Positions 27,853 through 35,637 of a DNA stretch of 64,000 nucleotides are shown piece by piece. The stretch spans positions 17,052-81,051 of the forward strand of contig JBHIET010000002.1 in NCBI GenBank assembly GCA_046760785.1, written 5' to 3'. Below the pieces are notes generated by a model. It saw nothing but the letters and a program-made list of their open reading frames with translations, was not told the DNA's origin and did not search any database. The translations under genes were made by a program, and so were the position numbers. The DNA is from Anaerolineae bacterium. GTDB lineage: Bacteria > Chloroflexota > Anaerolineae > B4-G1. Within the stretch, counting starts at the first letter, position 1, and every line of letters starts with the position of its first letter.

Positions 27853-28647
27853 GTGATGTCCGATGTTTGGGGTAGGGTGAGCTTGCTGGGTATCCCCATT
27901 GACGCGCTCACGGTCTCACAGCTCCATGACGAAATCACCGGGATCATAGAGGCGGGGCAGAAGGCGCTCATACTGAACGTGAACGTCCACTGTATGAACT
28001 TGGCCTATGAGCGTCCCTGGCTGCGTGGCATGCTGAACCGCGCCCGTATTGTCTTCTGCGACGGGGCCGGGGTGATGCTGGGAGCGCGGCTACTGGGGGA
28101 GCACATCCCGGAGCGGATCACTTACGCCGACTGGCTTTGGCAATTGGCAGAACTCGCCAGCGTCAGGGGATACACGATGTTCTTCTTGGGCGCGAAAGAA
28201 GGGGTCGCACGGCTGGCTGCCCAGAATCTGACAGCCCGTTTCCCCAATCTGAAAGTGGTCGGTACGCATCACGGCTACTTTACCAGGACCGGGTCGGAGA
28301 ATAGGCGAGTGGTTGAGTTGATAAACTCCCTGCGCCCCAACATCCTGATTGTTGCTTTCGGTATGCCTCTCCAGGAGAAATGGCTCAATGAGAACTGGGA
28401 GAAGATAGAGGCCAACGTTTTCCTGACAGGTGGAGCCTGCTTTGATTATGCGGCTGGGATGGTGCCTCGCGGCCCGCGCTGGATACTTGACCATGGCCTG
28501 GAATGGTTGTATCGTCTATGGAGCGATCCGCGCCGACTGTGGCGCCGTTACGTTATCGGCAACCCGCTCTTTGTTTTGCGTGTGCTGAAACAAAGAATTG
28601 CCCGACATTCTGCTCGACAGATTGACAAAATGCACGAAATGTTATAA
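27853..28647 (+). CDS. WecG/TagA/CpsF-family (GT26) glycosyltransferase, likely ManNAc(A) transferase partnering wecB
   Basis: LLGIPIDALT...ALILNVNVHCMNLA...IVFCDGAGVMLGARLLG....FGMPLQEKW are canonical GT26 blocks. Confidence 0.8.
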   Translation: MMSDVWGRVSLLGIPIDALTVSQLHDEITGIIEAGQKALILNVNVHCMNLAYERPWLRGMLNRARIVFCDGAGVMLGARLLGEHIPERITYADWLWQLAELASVRGYTMFFLGAKEGVARLAAQNLTARFPNLKVVGTHHGYFTRTGSENRRVVELINSLRPNILIVAFGMPLQEKWLNENWEKIEANVFLTGGACFDYAAGMVPRGPRWILDHGLEWLYRLWSDPRRLWRRYVIGNPLFVLRVLKQRIARHSARQIDKMHEML

Positions 28648-28650
28648 AAT
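28622..28650 (+). promoter_or_regulatory. sigma70-like promoter (TTGACA-N15/17-TATAAA/TAAAAT) for the toxin-antitoxin pair; it overlaps the last codons of the GT26 gene
   Basis: attgacaaaatgcacgaaatgttataaaatg, read directly. RBS GGAGGTGAG follows. Confidence 0.5.
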
Positions 28651-28682
28651 GCTCTAAAGTCTCAGTGGCCAGGAGGTGAGAG

Positions 28683-29054
28683 ATGGTAACAAAATCGTCT
28701 ACGGTGACAATGAAAAAGGCGGCTCAGGTGCTCGGTATCCATCAGGAGACCATCCGCAACTGGGAGAAGCGGGGGTTAATCCGACTGGTGCGTTTGCCAG
28801 GCAGTGGCTATCGTCGCGTGCCACGCGCGGAGATTGAGCGACTCTTGTCTCAGATGGCTGCTCCCTCTGATCCGTTCTGGGATGGCCAAACCGCTCGGGC
28901 TGTTGCTCGGGCGCAGGGTGTCCGACCGGTGCAATCTATTGATGACCTGTGGGCCGATTTCTGGCCGGAGGACGAATCGGTGGAGGAGTTTCGGGAAACA
29001 ATCCACGCATGGCGTCAGCGTGACTTGGAGATGGAGCGGGAACCGTCGTCATGA
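28683..29054 (+). CDS. Antitoxin-like DNA-binding protein (MerR/excisionase-type HTH) cognate to the downstream PIN toxin
   Basis: AAQVLGIHQETIRNWEKRGLIRLVRLPGSGYRRVPRAEIERLL is an HTH_17/excisionase-family helix-turn-helix. Stop overlaps the PIN gene start (ATGA). Confidence 0.6.
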   Translation: MVTKSSTVTMKKAAQVLGIHQETIRNWEKRGLIRLVRLPGSGYRRVPRAEIERLLSQMAAPSDPFWDGQTARAVARAQGVRPVQSIDDLWADFWPEDESVEEFRETIHAWRQRDLEMEREPSS

Positions 29055-29446
29055 TGCTGTTAGACACTGATGTGGTTTCGTTCCTGTTCAAGCGCGACAC
29101 TCATATTGCCCAGTATCTTCACTTCTTGGAAGGTGAGATGCTCTCCATCTCCTTTATGACCCTGGCGGAACTGTACCAGTGGGCTTATATCAGAAATTGG
29201 GGACAGCCACGCATAGAACGACTGGGGACTTGGCTGCGTCGCTTTGCCGTGTTGCCGTATGACGCACAGGTCTGTCAACAGTGGGCAGCCGTGCGCGTCG
29301 AGCGGCGCAGACAAGGACGCCCGATTTCCGTCCAGAATGCGTGGGTGGCTGCGTGCGCACTGCGGTACGGCTGTTCACTGCTGACCCACAACGCGGCTGA
29401 TTTTGCTGACATCACCGGCCTGGTCGTCACAGCCGTGGATGCTTAA
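29051..29446 (+). CDS. vapC: PIN-domain ribonuclease toxin (VapC family)
   Basis: MMLLDTDVVSF (Asp in beta1). ...LAELYQ. C-terminal NAWVAACALRYGCSLLTHNAADF (PIN acidic residues). 131 aa. Confidence 0.8.
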   Translation: MMLLDTDVVSFLFKRDTHIAQYLHFLEGEMLSISFMTLAELYQWAYIRNWGQPRIERLGTWLRRFAVLPYDAQVCQQWAAVRVERRRQGRPISVQNAWVAACALRYGCSLLTHNAADFADITGLVVTAVDA

Positions 29447-29485
29447 CTTTGGACATTCTCCATCCTGCGTGTGCTGAGACAACGA

Positions 29486-29513
29486 ATTGACGAGGCACTT
29501 GAAGTGTTATAAA
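29486..29513 (+). promoter_or_regulatory. Second copy of the promoter module (TTGACG-N16-TATAAA), embedded in a degenerate duplicate of the GT26 3' end
   Basis: gcgtgtgctgagacaacgaattgacgaggcacttgaagtgttataaaatgg parallels 28578-28651. Confidence 0.45.
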
Positions 29514-29530
29514 ATGGCACAAATTAGCGG

Positions 29531-29926
29531 GTGAGCAGATTTCCGCTGACAGTAGCTCATCCTGACGGCACAACTTGCGAGGAGTACCTCGTCAAGTGCG
29601 ACAATGAGACCTCCCTACCTTTGCCACCTCGGCTTTTGCGGAACTTGCTAGAACTGGCTCGCAAGTACCAGGACGATGGATTGACTCTGTTGGTCTTCGG
29701 GTCCTTTGCCAGAGGTGACCAGCGCCCGACGTCAGACCTGGATCTGGGGGTGGAGTGGCATGGGAAGCGCAGGCCAGAGATCTTCCTTCGCCTATACTGG
29801 GACGTGCAAGAGCTACCAACGATCCGGAAAATCGAGTTGGTTGACTTTGAGCAAACCGATTCGGACTTTAGGCGCGTGGCTGGATTAGACAAGATCTATC
29901 TGGTCGAGAGGAGGGGAGCGCAATGA
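29531..29926 (+). CDS. Minimal nucleotidyltransferase (MNT/MntA-like, pol-beta superfamily), apparently orphan (no HEPN partner found)
   Basis: LLVFGSFARGDQRPTSDLDLGV = GS-x10-DLD NTase signature. 131 aa. Confidence 0.65.
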   Translation: MSRFPLTVAHPDGTTCEEYLVKCDNETSLPLPPRLLRNLLELARKYQDDGLTLLVFGSFARGDQRPTSDLDLGVEWHGKRRPEIFLRLYWDVQELPTIRKIELVDFEQTDSDFRRVAGLDKIYLVERRGAQ

Positions 29927-29940
29927 TGGAGATATGAAAA

Positions 29941-30288
29941 TTGCCATCTCCTACCCCCCCCCTGCAGGGTCCGGGCAGCCCTATGCTGACCCAGAATCGC
30001 CAGTTCCAGTGGTACCACGTTAACATGCACTACGGCTACCTTGGCCAATCCGACCTGCTGGAGCTGATGAAGCGGGCGGGCTTCCGCAAACTAAAGATGG
30101 AGCTGGAGTCGGCCAGCCAGTCCACCCTCGACCGGTTGAACAAAGGCATCACCGTCGAGCAGAGCGTCGAGGACTCGCGGCTCATCGACTACCTGCGGCG
30201 CGGGGCCAGGGCGGTGGTCGGCCACCTGCGCGATTTCCTGAGCGGTCATGGATGGCAGGGCGGGACAGGCGGGGAAGCTGGGCGATGA
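29941..30288 (+). pseudogene. Fragment of a radical SAM (B12-binding-type) enzyme gene lacking the CxxxCxxC region
   Basis: GYLGQSDLLELMKRAGFRKLKMELESASQSTLDRLNKGITVEQ resembles the ...G.ESGSQ..LD.LNKG.TVEQ block of radical SAM cores. No upstream Cys triad. 115 aa only. Confidence 0.4.
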
Positions 30289-32747
30289 GCGATCTCCGTG
30301 GTACGACGAGGGCACGCTGGCGCTACCTGGCCCAGGAATCGGCGCTGATTCTGTTGATGGGCTATGTCCTGCTGCTGGGAGGGACGTTTAACGGCCTGGT
30401 GCTCTATCGCCTCAATCTCATCAATGCGTTACTCATCGCCATTGTGGGCGCGTTGTGGCTGGGTTGGCGTCTCTGGCGACGATGCCCCCTCCCGCGCACC
30501 CACCTCGACTACCCGCTGCTGGCACTGTTGGCGGCCTACTTCCTTGCCACTGCTTTTTCGATAGACCCACGTCGCAGCATTGGCTTCACCTTGCAGATGG
30601 TGCTCTACGCGCTGATCTTCTATTTACTGGTCGACCTACGCCGGTCGGGGTGGCCAACAGCACTGTTTGTCAAGATACTACTCATCCTCAGTGGATTCAT
30701 CCTGTTCTTCGGCGTTTGGGAATTGGTGCGCTGGTATGGCGAGTGGCTCTCCATCGCCGGCTGGGCTAACCCCATCCCTCCGGCCACCATTCGTATCCGT
30801 GCCTTTCTGGGACACCCCAATTTCGTGGCCGCGTTCCTCAACCTGCTGCTCCCGCTGGCTATCGTGCGTACGCTCCGACAAGGGTGGAGCACGCGCATCC
30901 TGCCAGGGTTCTGGACTTTGGTTGCGCTGGTGTTGATCTTCTTTACTTCCTCACGGGGGGGCTGGCTGGGGACGGTGGCGGCGCTGGGCAGCCTGGGGTT
31001 CCTTTTGTTCCTGGGTCATCGCTCACTTGCCTACCGCGCCTGGAGTCGGCTGTGTCGCCATCCCTGGTGGCTTGCGGCACTGGTGATTACGTTGCTGCTG
31101 CTGAGCCTGTTGCTGGGGGCGCTGGTCGTGCGGCAGGCTCAACACCCCTCCCACGGCGGCGGGTTCGGATCTCGACAGTGGATCTGGTCGGCCGCCTGGC
31201 AAGCGTTCCGGGGCGACCCACTGACCGGCAGCGGCCCTTTCACCTTTGGTTCGGTCATGACGCGACTCTACTCCATCCCGCCCCAGATGCTTCTGGCTCA
31301 CGCTCACAATTACATCTTCAATACCGCCGCTGAGATTGGGTTGCCTGGGCTGGTGGCGCTGATCTGGCTAGCAGTTTCGCTGGCCCGCGTCGTACTGTAT
31401 CGTTGGCACGCACTCCCCTCCGGACACCGCCTCGCTGTGAGTGGATCCATCGCCGCGCTCGTCGGCTGCGCAGTGCACAGCATGTTTGACACCCCACAGA
31501 CCATGCCCACCATCTGCGTGGTGATCGCGGTGGTGCTGGCGCTACTGGTGGCTGGAGAGCGTCCCATTGCGCGTTTACCTCGGAGTGTTGGCAATGCGGC
31601 GCTGCTCGTCGCTTGGCTGGTCGTCACACTGGGTGGCTGTTGGGCGTTGCGTGCCTACGCTCCTTTCTCTCGCGGGGTGCTGGCGGCCAACCTGGGTGAT
31701 TGGGAGACAGCGACAGTGGAACTAGACCGCGCTGCCAACCTTGATCCGCTCAATGCCTTCTTTCATCTCCAGGCTGGCTACGCCTGCGGGCGCGTGGGTT
31801 TGGAGACCGGTGATCGAGAAGCCCTGGGGCAAGCTCTTACTCACTATGAAGCTGGTGTGGCGTTGGAACCCGACTTCTGTACCAACTGGGCCAACCTGGG
31901 TGTATTGCGTTGGGCTGCTGGTGATGAGTCCGGGGCTATCGAGGCACTGGAGAGAGCAGTAGCGCTAGCTCCCAACGAGCCCGCCTTTCGGCTCACGCTG
32001 GGCCGTTTCTACGAGGCCACGGGGTGCGAAGCAGATGCCCGCGCGATGTATGAAGCGGCGCTGAAATCCCGTCCCTTCTGGGCATACTCTCACTTCTTCC
32101 GCGCCACTCCCCTCCGCGCTGAGCTGCGCGATGAGTGGCTGGACCGGCATCCCCGCGCACTCCTCCCACAGGAGCCGGAGCTGGCTGCCGGTTGGGAGGC
32201 ACTGGCTGCTGGGGCGCCTGCAGAGGCACAGAACCATTTCGAGCGCGCCCTGGGCCTTAACTCCCCCGACGCCTACCGTGGGCTGGGGCTGGCTTATTTG
32301 GCCCAAGGTGAGTTCGCGCTGGCCGAACAGATGCTGCGCACGGCTCGCTTTATCCCTTCTTCCTTTCCCTGGGATAGTAGTCGCATTGGGATTGCTCTGG
32401 GTCAATTGGCTGTCGCCAGAGGTGACTGTGCTCAGGCGGTCGTCGAATACGAACAGGCGCTTGACGAACTGCGCCAAGTGACCTCCTTCGGGCCTGGTCG
32501 TATGGACACTGCCGACTATGGCTGGTACATCTTTAACCGCGAGAGTATCATGCCCGACTTGCTGCCGGGGGTGGAGTACATTCGTTTCACGGATGATACC
32601 GTTGATGCCCTGCTGGAACTGGGTGCTTGCTACGAGACCTTGGGCGACACGGAGGCGGCTGCGCGGGTCTATGCTGAGGCCCTGAAGGCTGCCCCCGACT
32701 GCGATGCTGCCCACGAGAGGCTGATCGGATTAGGAAGAGCGCCATAG
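30285..32747 (+). CDS. O-antigen ligase/polymerase-like (Wzy_C) polytopic membrane protein fused to a C-terminal TPR-repeat domain
   Basis: About 12 TM segments. FFTSSRGGWLG (Wzy_C/O-antigen ligase loop motif). The C-terminal ~330 aa are TPR-like (AYACGRVGLE..., ALGLNSPDAYRGLGLAYLAQGEF...). Confidence 0.7.
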   Translation: MSDLRGTTRARWRYLAQESALILLMGYVLLLGGTFNGLVLYRLNLINALLIAIVGALWLGWRLWRRCPLPRTHLDYPLLALLAAYFLATAFSIDPRRSIGFTLQMVLYALIFYLLVDLRRSGWPTALFVKILLILSGFILFFGVWELVRWYGEWLSIAGWANPIPPATIRIRAFLGHPNFVAAFLNLLLPLAIVRTLRQGWSTRILPGFWTLVALVLIFFTSSRGGWLGTVAALGSLGFLLFLGHRSLAYRAWSRLCRHPWWLAALVITLLLLSLLLGALVVRQAQHPSHGGGFGSRQWIWSAAWQAFRGDPLTGSGPFTFGSVMTRLYSIPPQMLLAHAHNYIFNTAAEIGLPGLVALIWLAVSLARVVLYRWHALPSGHRLAVSGSIAALVGCAVHSMFDTPQTMPTICVVIAVVLALLVAGERPIARLPRSVGNAALLVAWLVVTLGGCWALRAYAPFSRGVLAANLGDWETATVELDRAANLDPLNAFFHLQAGYACGRVGLETGDREALGQALTHYEAGVALEPDFCTNWANLGVLRWAAGDESGAIEALERAVALAPNEPAFRLTLGRFYEATGCEADARAMYEAALKSRPFWAYSHFFRATPLRAELRDEWLDRHPRALLPQEPELAAGWEALAAGAPAEAQNHFERALGLNSPDAYRGLGLAYLAQGEFALAEQMLRTARFIPSSFPWDSSRIGIALGQLAVARGDCAQAVVEYEQALDELRQVTSFGPGRMDTADYGWYIFNRESIMPDLLPGVEYIRFTDDTVDALLELGACYETLGDTEAAARVYAEALKAAPDCDAAHERLIGLGRAP

Positions 32748-32940
32748 GAGAAAAACGAATGCTGGGAGTTTGTTTCAGGAGAGGGTGGCTGAGTGATAGG
32801 GACGCTGGGCGGCGGATGGCATAGCTCTTCAATATGCATCCAGTTGTGCTCCTTGCCTGTTGTGTGGTATACTTTATAAGGATAGTGAGGCAGGTATCCA
32901 AATAGAAAATAACTGGGGGGGCGTCGTGGGCAGGATTGAA

Positions 32941-33612
32941 GTGATGATCGTGGATGATCATCCGGTCTTTCGTCAGGGGCTACGGAACGTCTTGACCTCC
33001 CATGAGGATCTGCGCATCGTGGGTGAGGCAGCCGATGGCGGCGAGGCGATTGAGTTGGCACAGGAACTGCTTCCGGACGTGGTGCTGATGGACATCAATT
33101 TGCCGACCCTCAATGGCTTGCAGGCAACGCGCAAACTCAAGGCACTCTGTCCCCAGATCAACGTGATTATGCTTACCGCCTATGATGATGAGGAGCAGGT
33201 TTACCACGCTATCCGGGCTGGAGCGTCGGCCTACCATGCCAAAGACGTCAGCCCTGAGCGACTGGTTGATGTCATCCGATACGTGAGTCAGGGGCAATAC
33301 GTCATCGGTGGCGCGGTACTGGATGAGGATGGCATTGGCGATTGGCTCCTGGAGGAATTTCGACGCTTCGGCGGTGGGAGGGACGAGGAAGTGGTTCAGT
33401 TTCTTTCACCGCTCTCCCCCCGCGAGATGGAGATTCTGGAGTGGGTCGTCCGTGGTATGAGTAACAAGGAAATTGCCTATCATTTGGGGATCAGCCACCA
33501 GACGGTCAAGAATCACATGACCGCTATCTTGAGTAAGCTAAGGGTGGCGGACCGGACACAGGCCGCGGTCTACGCTCTCCGACATGGTTGGGTGCCCTTA
33601 CGTGAAAGCTAG
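32941..33612 (+). CDS. Response regulator, NarL/FixJ (LuxR-type HTH) family, DegU-like
   Basis: MIVDDHPVFRQGL...VVLMDINLP...NVIMLTAYDDE receiver domain. C-terminal SPREMEILEWVVRGMSNKEIAYHLGISHQTVKNHM LuxR HTH. Possible extended -10 promoter TGTGGTATACT at ~32868-32880. Confidence 0.85.
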   Translation: MMIVDDHPVFRQGLRNVLTSHEDLRIVGEAADGGEAIELAQELLPDVVLMDINLPTLNGLQATRKLKALCPQINVIMLTAYDDEEQVYHAIRAGASAYHAKDVSPERLVDVIRYVSQGQYVIGGAVLDEDGIGDWLLEEFRRFGGGRDEEVVQFLSPLSPREMEILEWVVRGMSNKEIAYHLGISHQTVKNHMTAILSKLRVADRTQAAVYALRHGWVPLRES

Positions 33613-33678
33613 AGATGACCCCGGCACTCCTCAGTCGGTGCCACGGGCGATGCATCGGGCACAGTTAGGAGTAGATAG

Positions 33679-34728
33679 ATGGCTGTTACAACAGAAACCG
33701 GAGATAGATCGTTTGAACAGCTCCTGGAGGAGTACAGTAGAGATTACGATCAAGTCCAACGTGAACTCAAGGAGATTGATCTGCTGATCCAACAGACGAC
33801 CGCCGAAGTAGAACGTCTGGCACAGCGCAACACGCAAGCTACCAACCGGCTGCGGCAGGTCGAAACGACACTGGATACCGTGCCTCGAGAGGATATCCGG
33901 GAGGCGTATATGACTGTCCTGGATACACGGCAAAGACTCTTTACCATGCGAGGCCAATTGGAGAAGCTGCAGAGCGACCAACGTAACTTGGCGCGTTGCC
34001 TCGATCTACTTCGCAGTATACTCGAGATCACTCGCTCGGCTGAATATGAGTCTCCCGCCTCGGAGGAGGGGGAACCTACACAGCCACTCGTTGTCCGCAT
34101 CATTGAGGCCCAGGAACGGGAGCGGTATCGGCTTAGCCAGCAGATGCACGACGGGCCGGCCCAATCTTTGACCAATCTGATCCTCCAGGCCGAGATCTGC
34201 GAGCGGCTTTCTGATAGCGACCCTGAGCGAGCGCGGGCCGAACTGGTCAACCTGAAGAATGACGTGGCAGCGACTTTCCAAAAGGTCAAAGGATTCATCC
34301 TGAACCTGCGGCCGATGATGTTAGATGATTTAGGGTTGGTTCCTACCCTTCGACGTTATGTAGACAGTTTCTCCGACAATAGTGCGGTTCCCACCCACCT
34401 GACGATTACAGGCAAGGAGCGACGACTGGCAGCGCATAAGGAAGTGACTGTCTTCCGGCTCATTCAGGATCTGCTCAACAATGCAGTCGAGTACAGTCGT
34501 GCCAGCAGTGTTCAAATTAACCTGGATGTGGGAGATGACTTTGTCCGTGTATCCGTCGAGGATAACGGCAGCGGTTTTGAACTCACCGACATGCTCAGTT
34601 CGCCGGATGAGGACCGGCTGGGTCTGGCAACGATGCGTGAGCGAGTGGAGATGTTGGGCGGACAGATCCAATTCGATAGCAGCCTAGGACGGGGGACAAA
34701 GGTGAGTTTTGAATTGCCCGTCTCCTGA
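33679..34728 (+). CDS. Cytoplasmic sensor histidine kinase, DegS/NarX-like (HisKA_3 + HATPase_c), no TM segments
   Basis: N-terminal coiled coil. ERERYRLSQQMHDGPAQSLTNLILQAE (HisKA_3 H-box). C-terminal N/G boxes (DNGSGF, GLATMRERVEMLGG). Confidence 0.85.
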   Translation: MAVTTETGDRSFEQLLEEYSRDYDQVQRELKEIDLLIQQTTAEVERLAQRNTQATNRLRQVETTLDTVPREDIREAYMTVLDTRQRLFTMRGQLEKLQSDQRNLARCLDLLRSILEITRSAEYESPASEEGEPTQPLVVRIIEAQERERYRLSQQMHDGPAQSLTNLILQAEICERLSDSDPERARAELVNLKNDVAATFQKVKGFILNLRPMMLDDLGLVPTLRRYVDSFSDNSAVPTHLTITGKERRLAAHKEVTVFRLIQDLLNNAVEYSRASSVQINLDVGDDFVRVSVEDNGSGFELTDMLSSPDEDRLGLATMRERVEMLGGQIQFDSSLGRGTKVSFELPVS

Positions 34729-34760
34729 GGAGGGTACATAGAATTAGTACAAAGTTCCTA

Positions 34761-34789
34761 TTGCCATGTCAGCGTGAATTCAGTATAAT
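34761..34789 (+). promoter_or_regulatory. sigma70-type promoter TTGCCA-N17-TATAAT upstream of the flp pilin gene
   Basis: ttgccatgtcagcgtgaattcagtataat, read directly. ~55 nt leader. RBS GGGAGGTGAG. Confidence 0.6.
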
Positions 34790-34844
34790 GAGGCTAGTTT
34801 GGGATTCGATTCCGCTAAATCTTTAATGAAGGGAGGTGAGTGAG

Positions 34845-34991
34845 GTGCTTTTTCTACCGCGTGAAGAAGGCCAGGGGTTGGTTGAGTATGCGTTGATTCT
34901 CGTTTTGGTAGCCATTGTAGTGATCGTGATCCTGGCAATCCTGGGCCCGAGCATCGGCAATATCTTCAGCAACATCGTGAACGCCATCTAG
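34845..34991 (+). CDS. flp: Flp-family type IVb pilin (48 aa; absent from the six-frame ORF list because it is under 60 aa)
   Basis: GTG start after the GGGAGGTGAG RBS. MLFLPREEGQG|LVEYALILVLVAIVVIVILAILGPSIGNIFSNIVNAI. The G|xVEYAL Flp motif is followed by a hydrophobic helix. Confidence 0.85.
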   Translation: MLFLPREEGQGLVEYALILVLVAIVVIVILAILGPSIGNIFSNIVNAI

Positions 34992-35014
34992 TTGAACGAT
35001 CACTGGAGCAACGC

Positions 35015-35047
35015 AAATGGACCATACTGCCGAGCAGAGCCTCGCCC
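35015..35047 (+). terminator. Intrinsic terminator after flp (11-bp GC stem, 4-nt loop, weak U tail)
   Basis: cagagcctcgc ccac gcgaggctctg ttcgtat. Confidence 0.5.
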
Positions 35048-35637
35048 ACGCGAGGCTCTGTTCGTATGGCCAGAGTGAACTGCACTCTTGGCAGTAGTAT
35101 CATATAGCGAGCGTATCACGCTGGGGACAAGAACGAACGGGAAACAGGGCTGCCGAGCTCGTTATCCGCCTTTCTTTGATAGGCAAGCACACATATAATA
35201 GAACGCCGTTTTGTCGCTGGAACCAAGCCCCCATAGATGAGATTTTCGGCTAGCAGAGCCTGGATGGGGGTATATGGCAGCCCTGGCGGAACCACGCTGT
35301 TTTCCTCTTGCCCCTGACATATTACGCTCCCCGGGATTTCGTAGCAGAATGGAGCCCCAAAACGCTTAGAGAAGAGGACACGCTTAACGGCATGTCATCA
35401 GTAGGGTTGATGGATCAGTCCAACGCCGTAGAGAGCCTCTGAAGAGCTTTAGAGGGCCTCAGGACTGTTACGTTTTCCTTCCCCACATAACTTGCGGAGA
35501 ATCGCTCATTTGAGGTATAATCATAATAGTGCGCGGTGCTTGGTTGTTGCTGTCCGGCACCGGCGAAGATGGGCGGGGCTGGCTAGGATTTACAGAAATG
35601 GCCTCGTGGGAGGCGCTTTGGCTGTAGGTTAAGGAGG

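Noticed and set aside
29941-30288. Possible HEPN partner (R-x4-H in RGARAVVGH) for the orphan MNT nucleotidyltransferase
   Set aside because: The remaining sequence (…GFRKLKMELESASQSTLDRLNKGITVEQ) matches radical SAM core blocks, not a HEPN helical bundle. More parsimonious as a radical SAM gene fragment.
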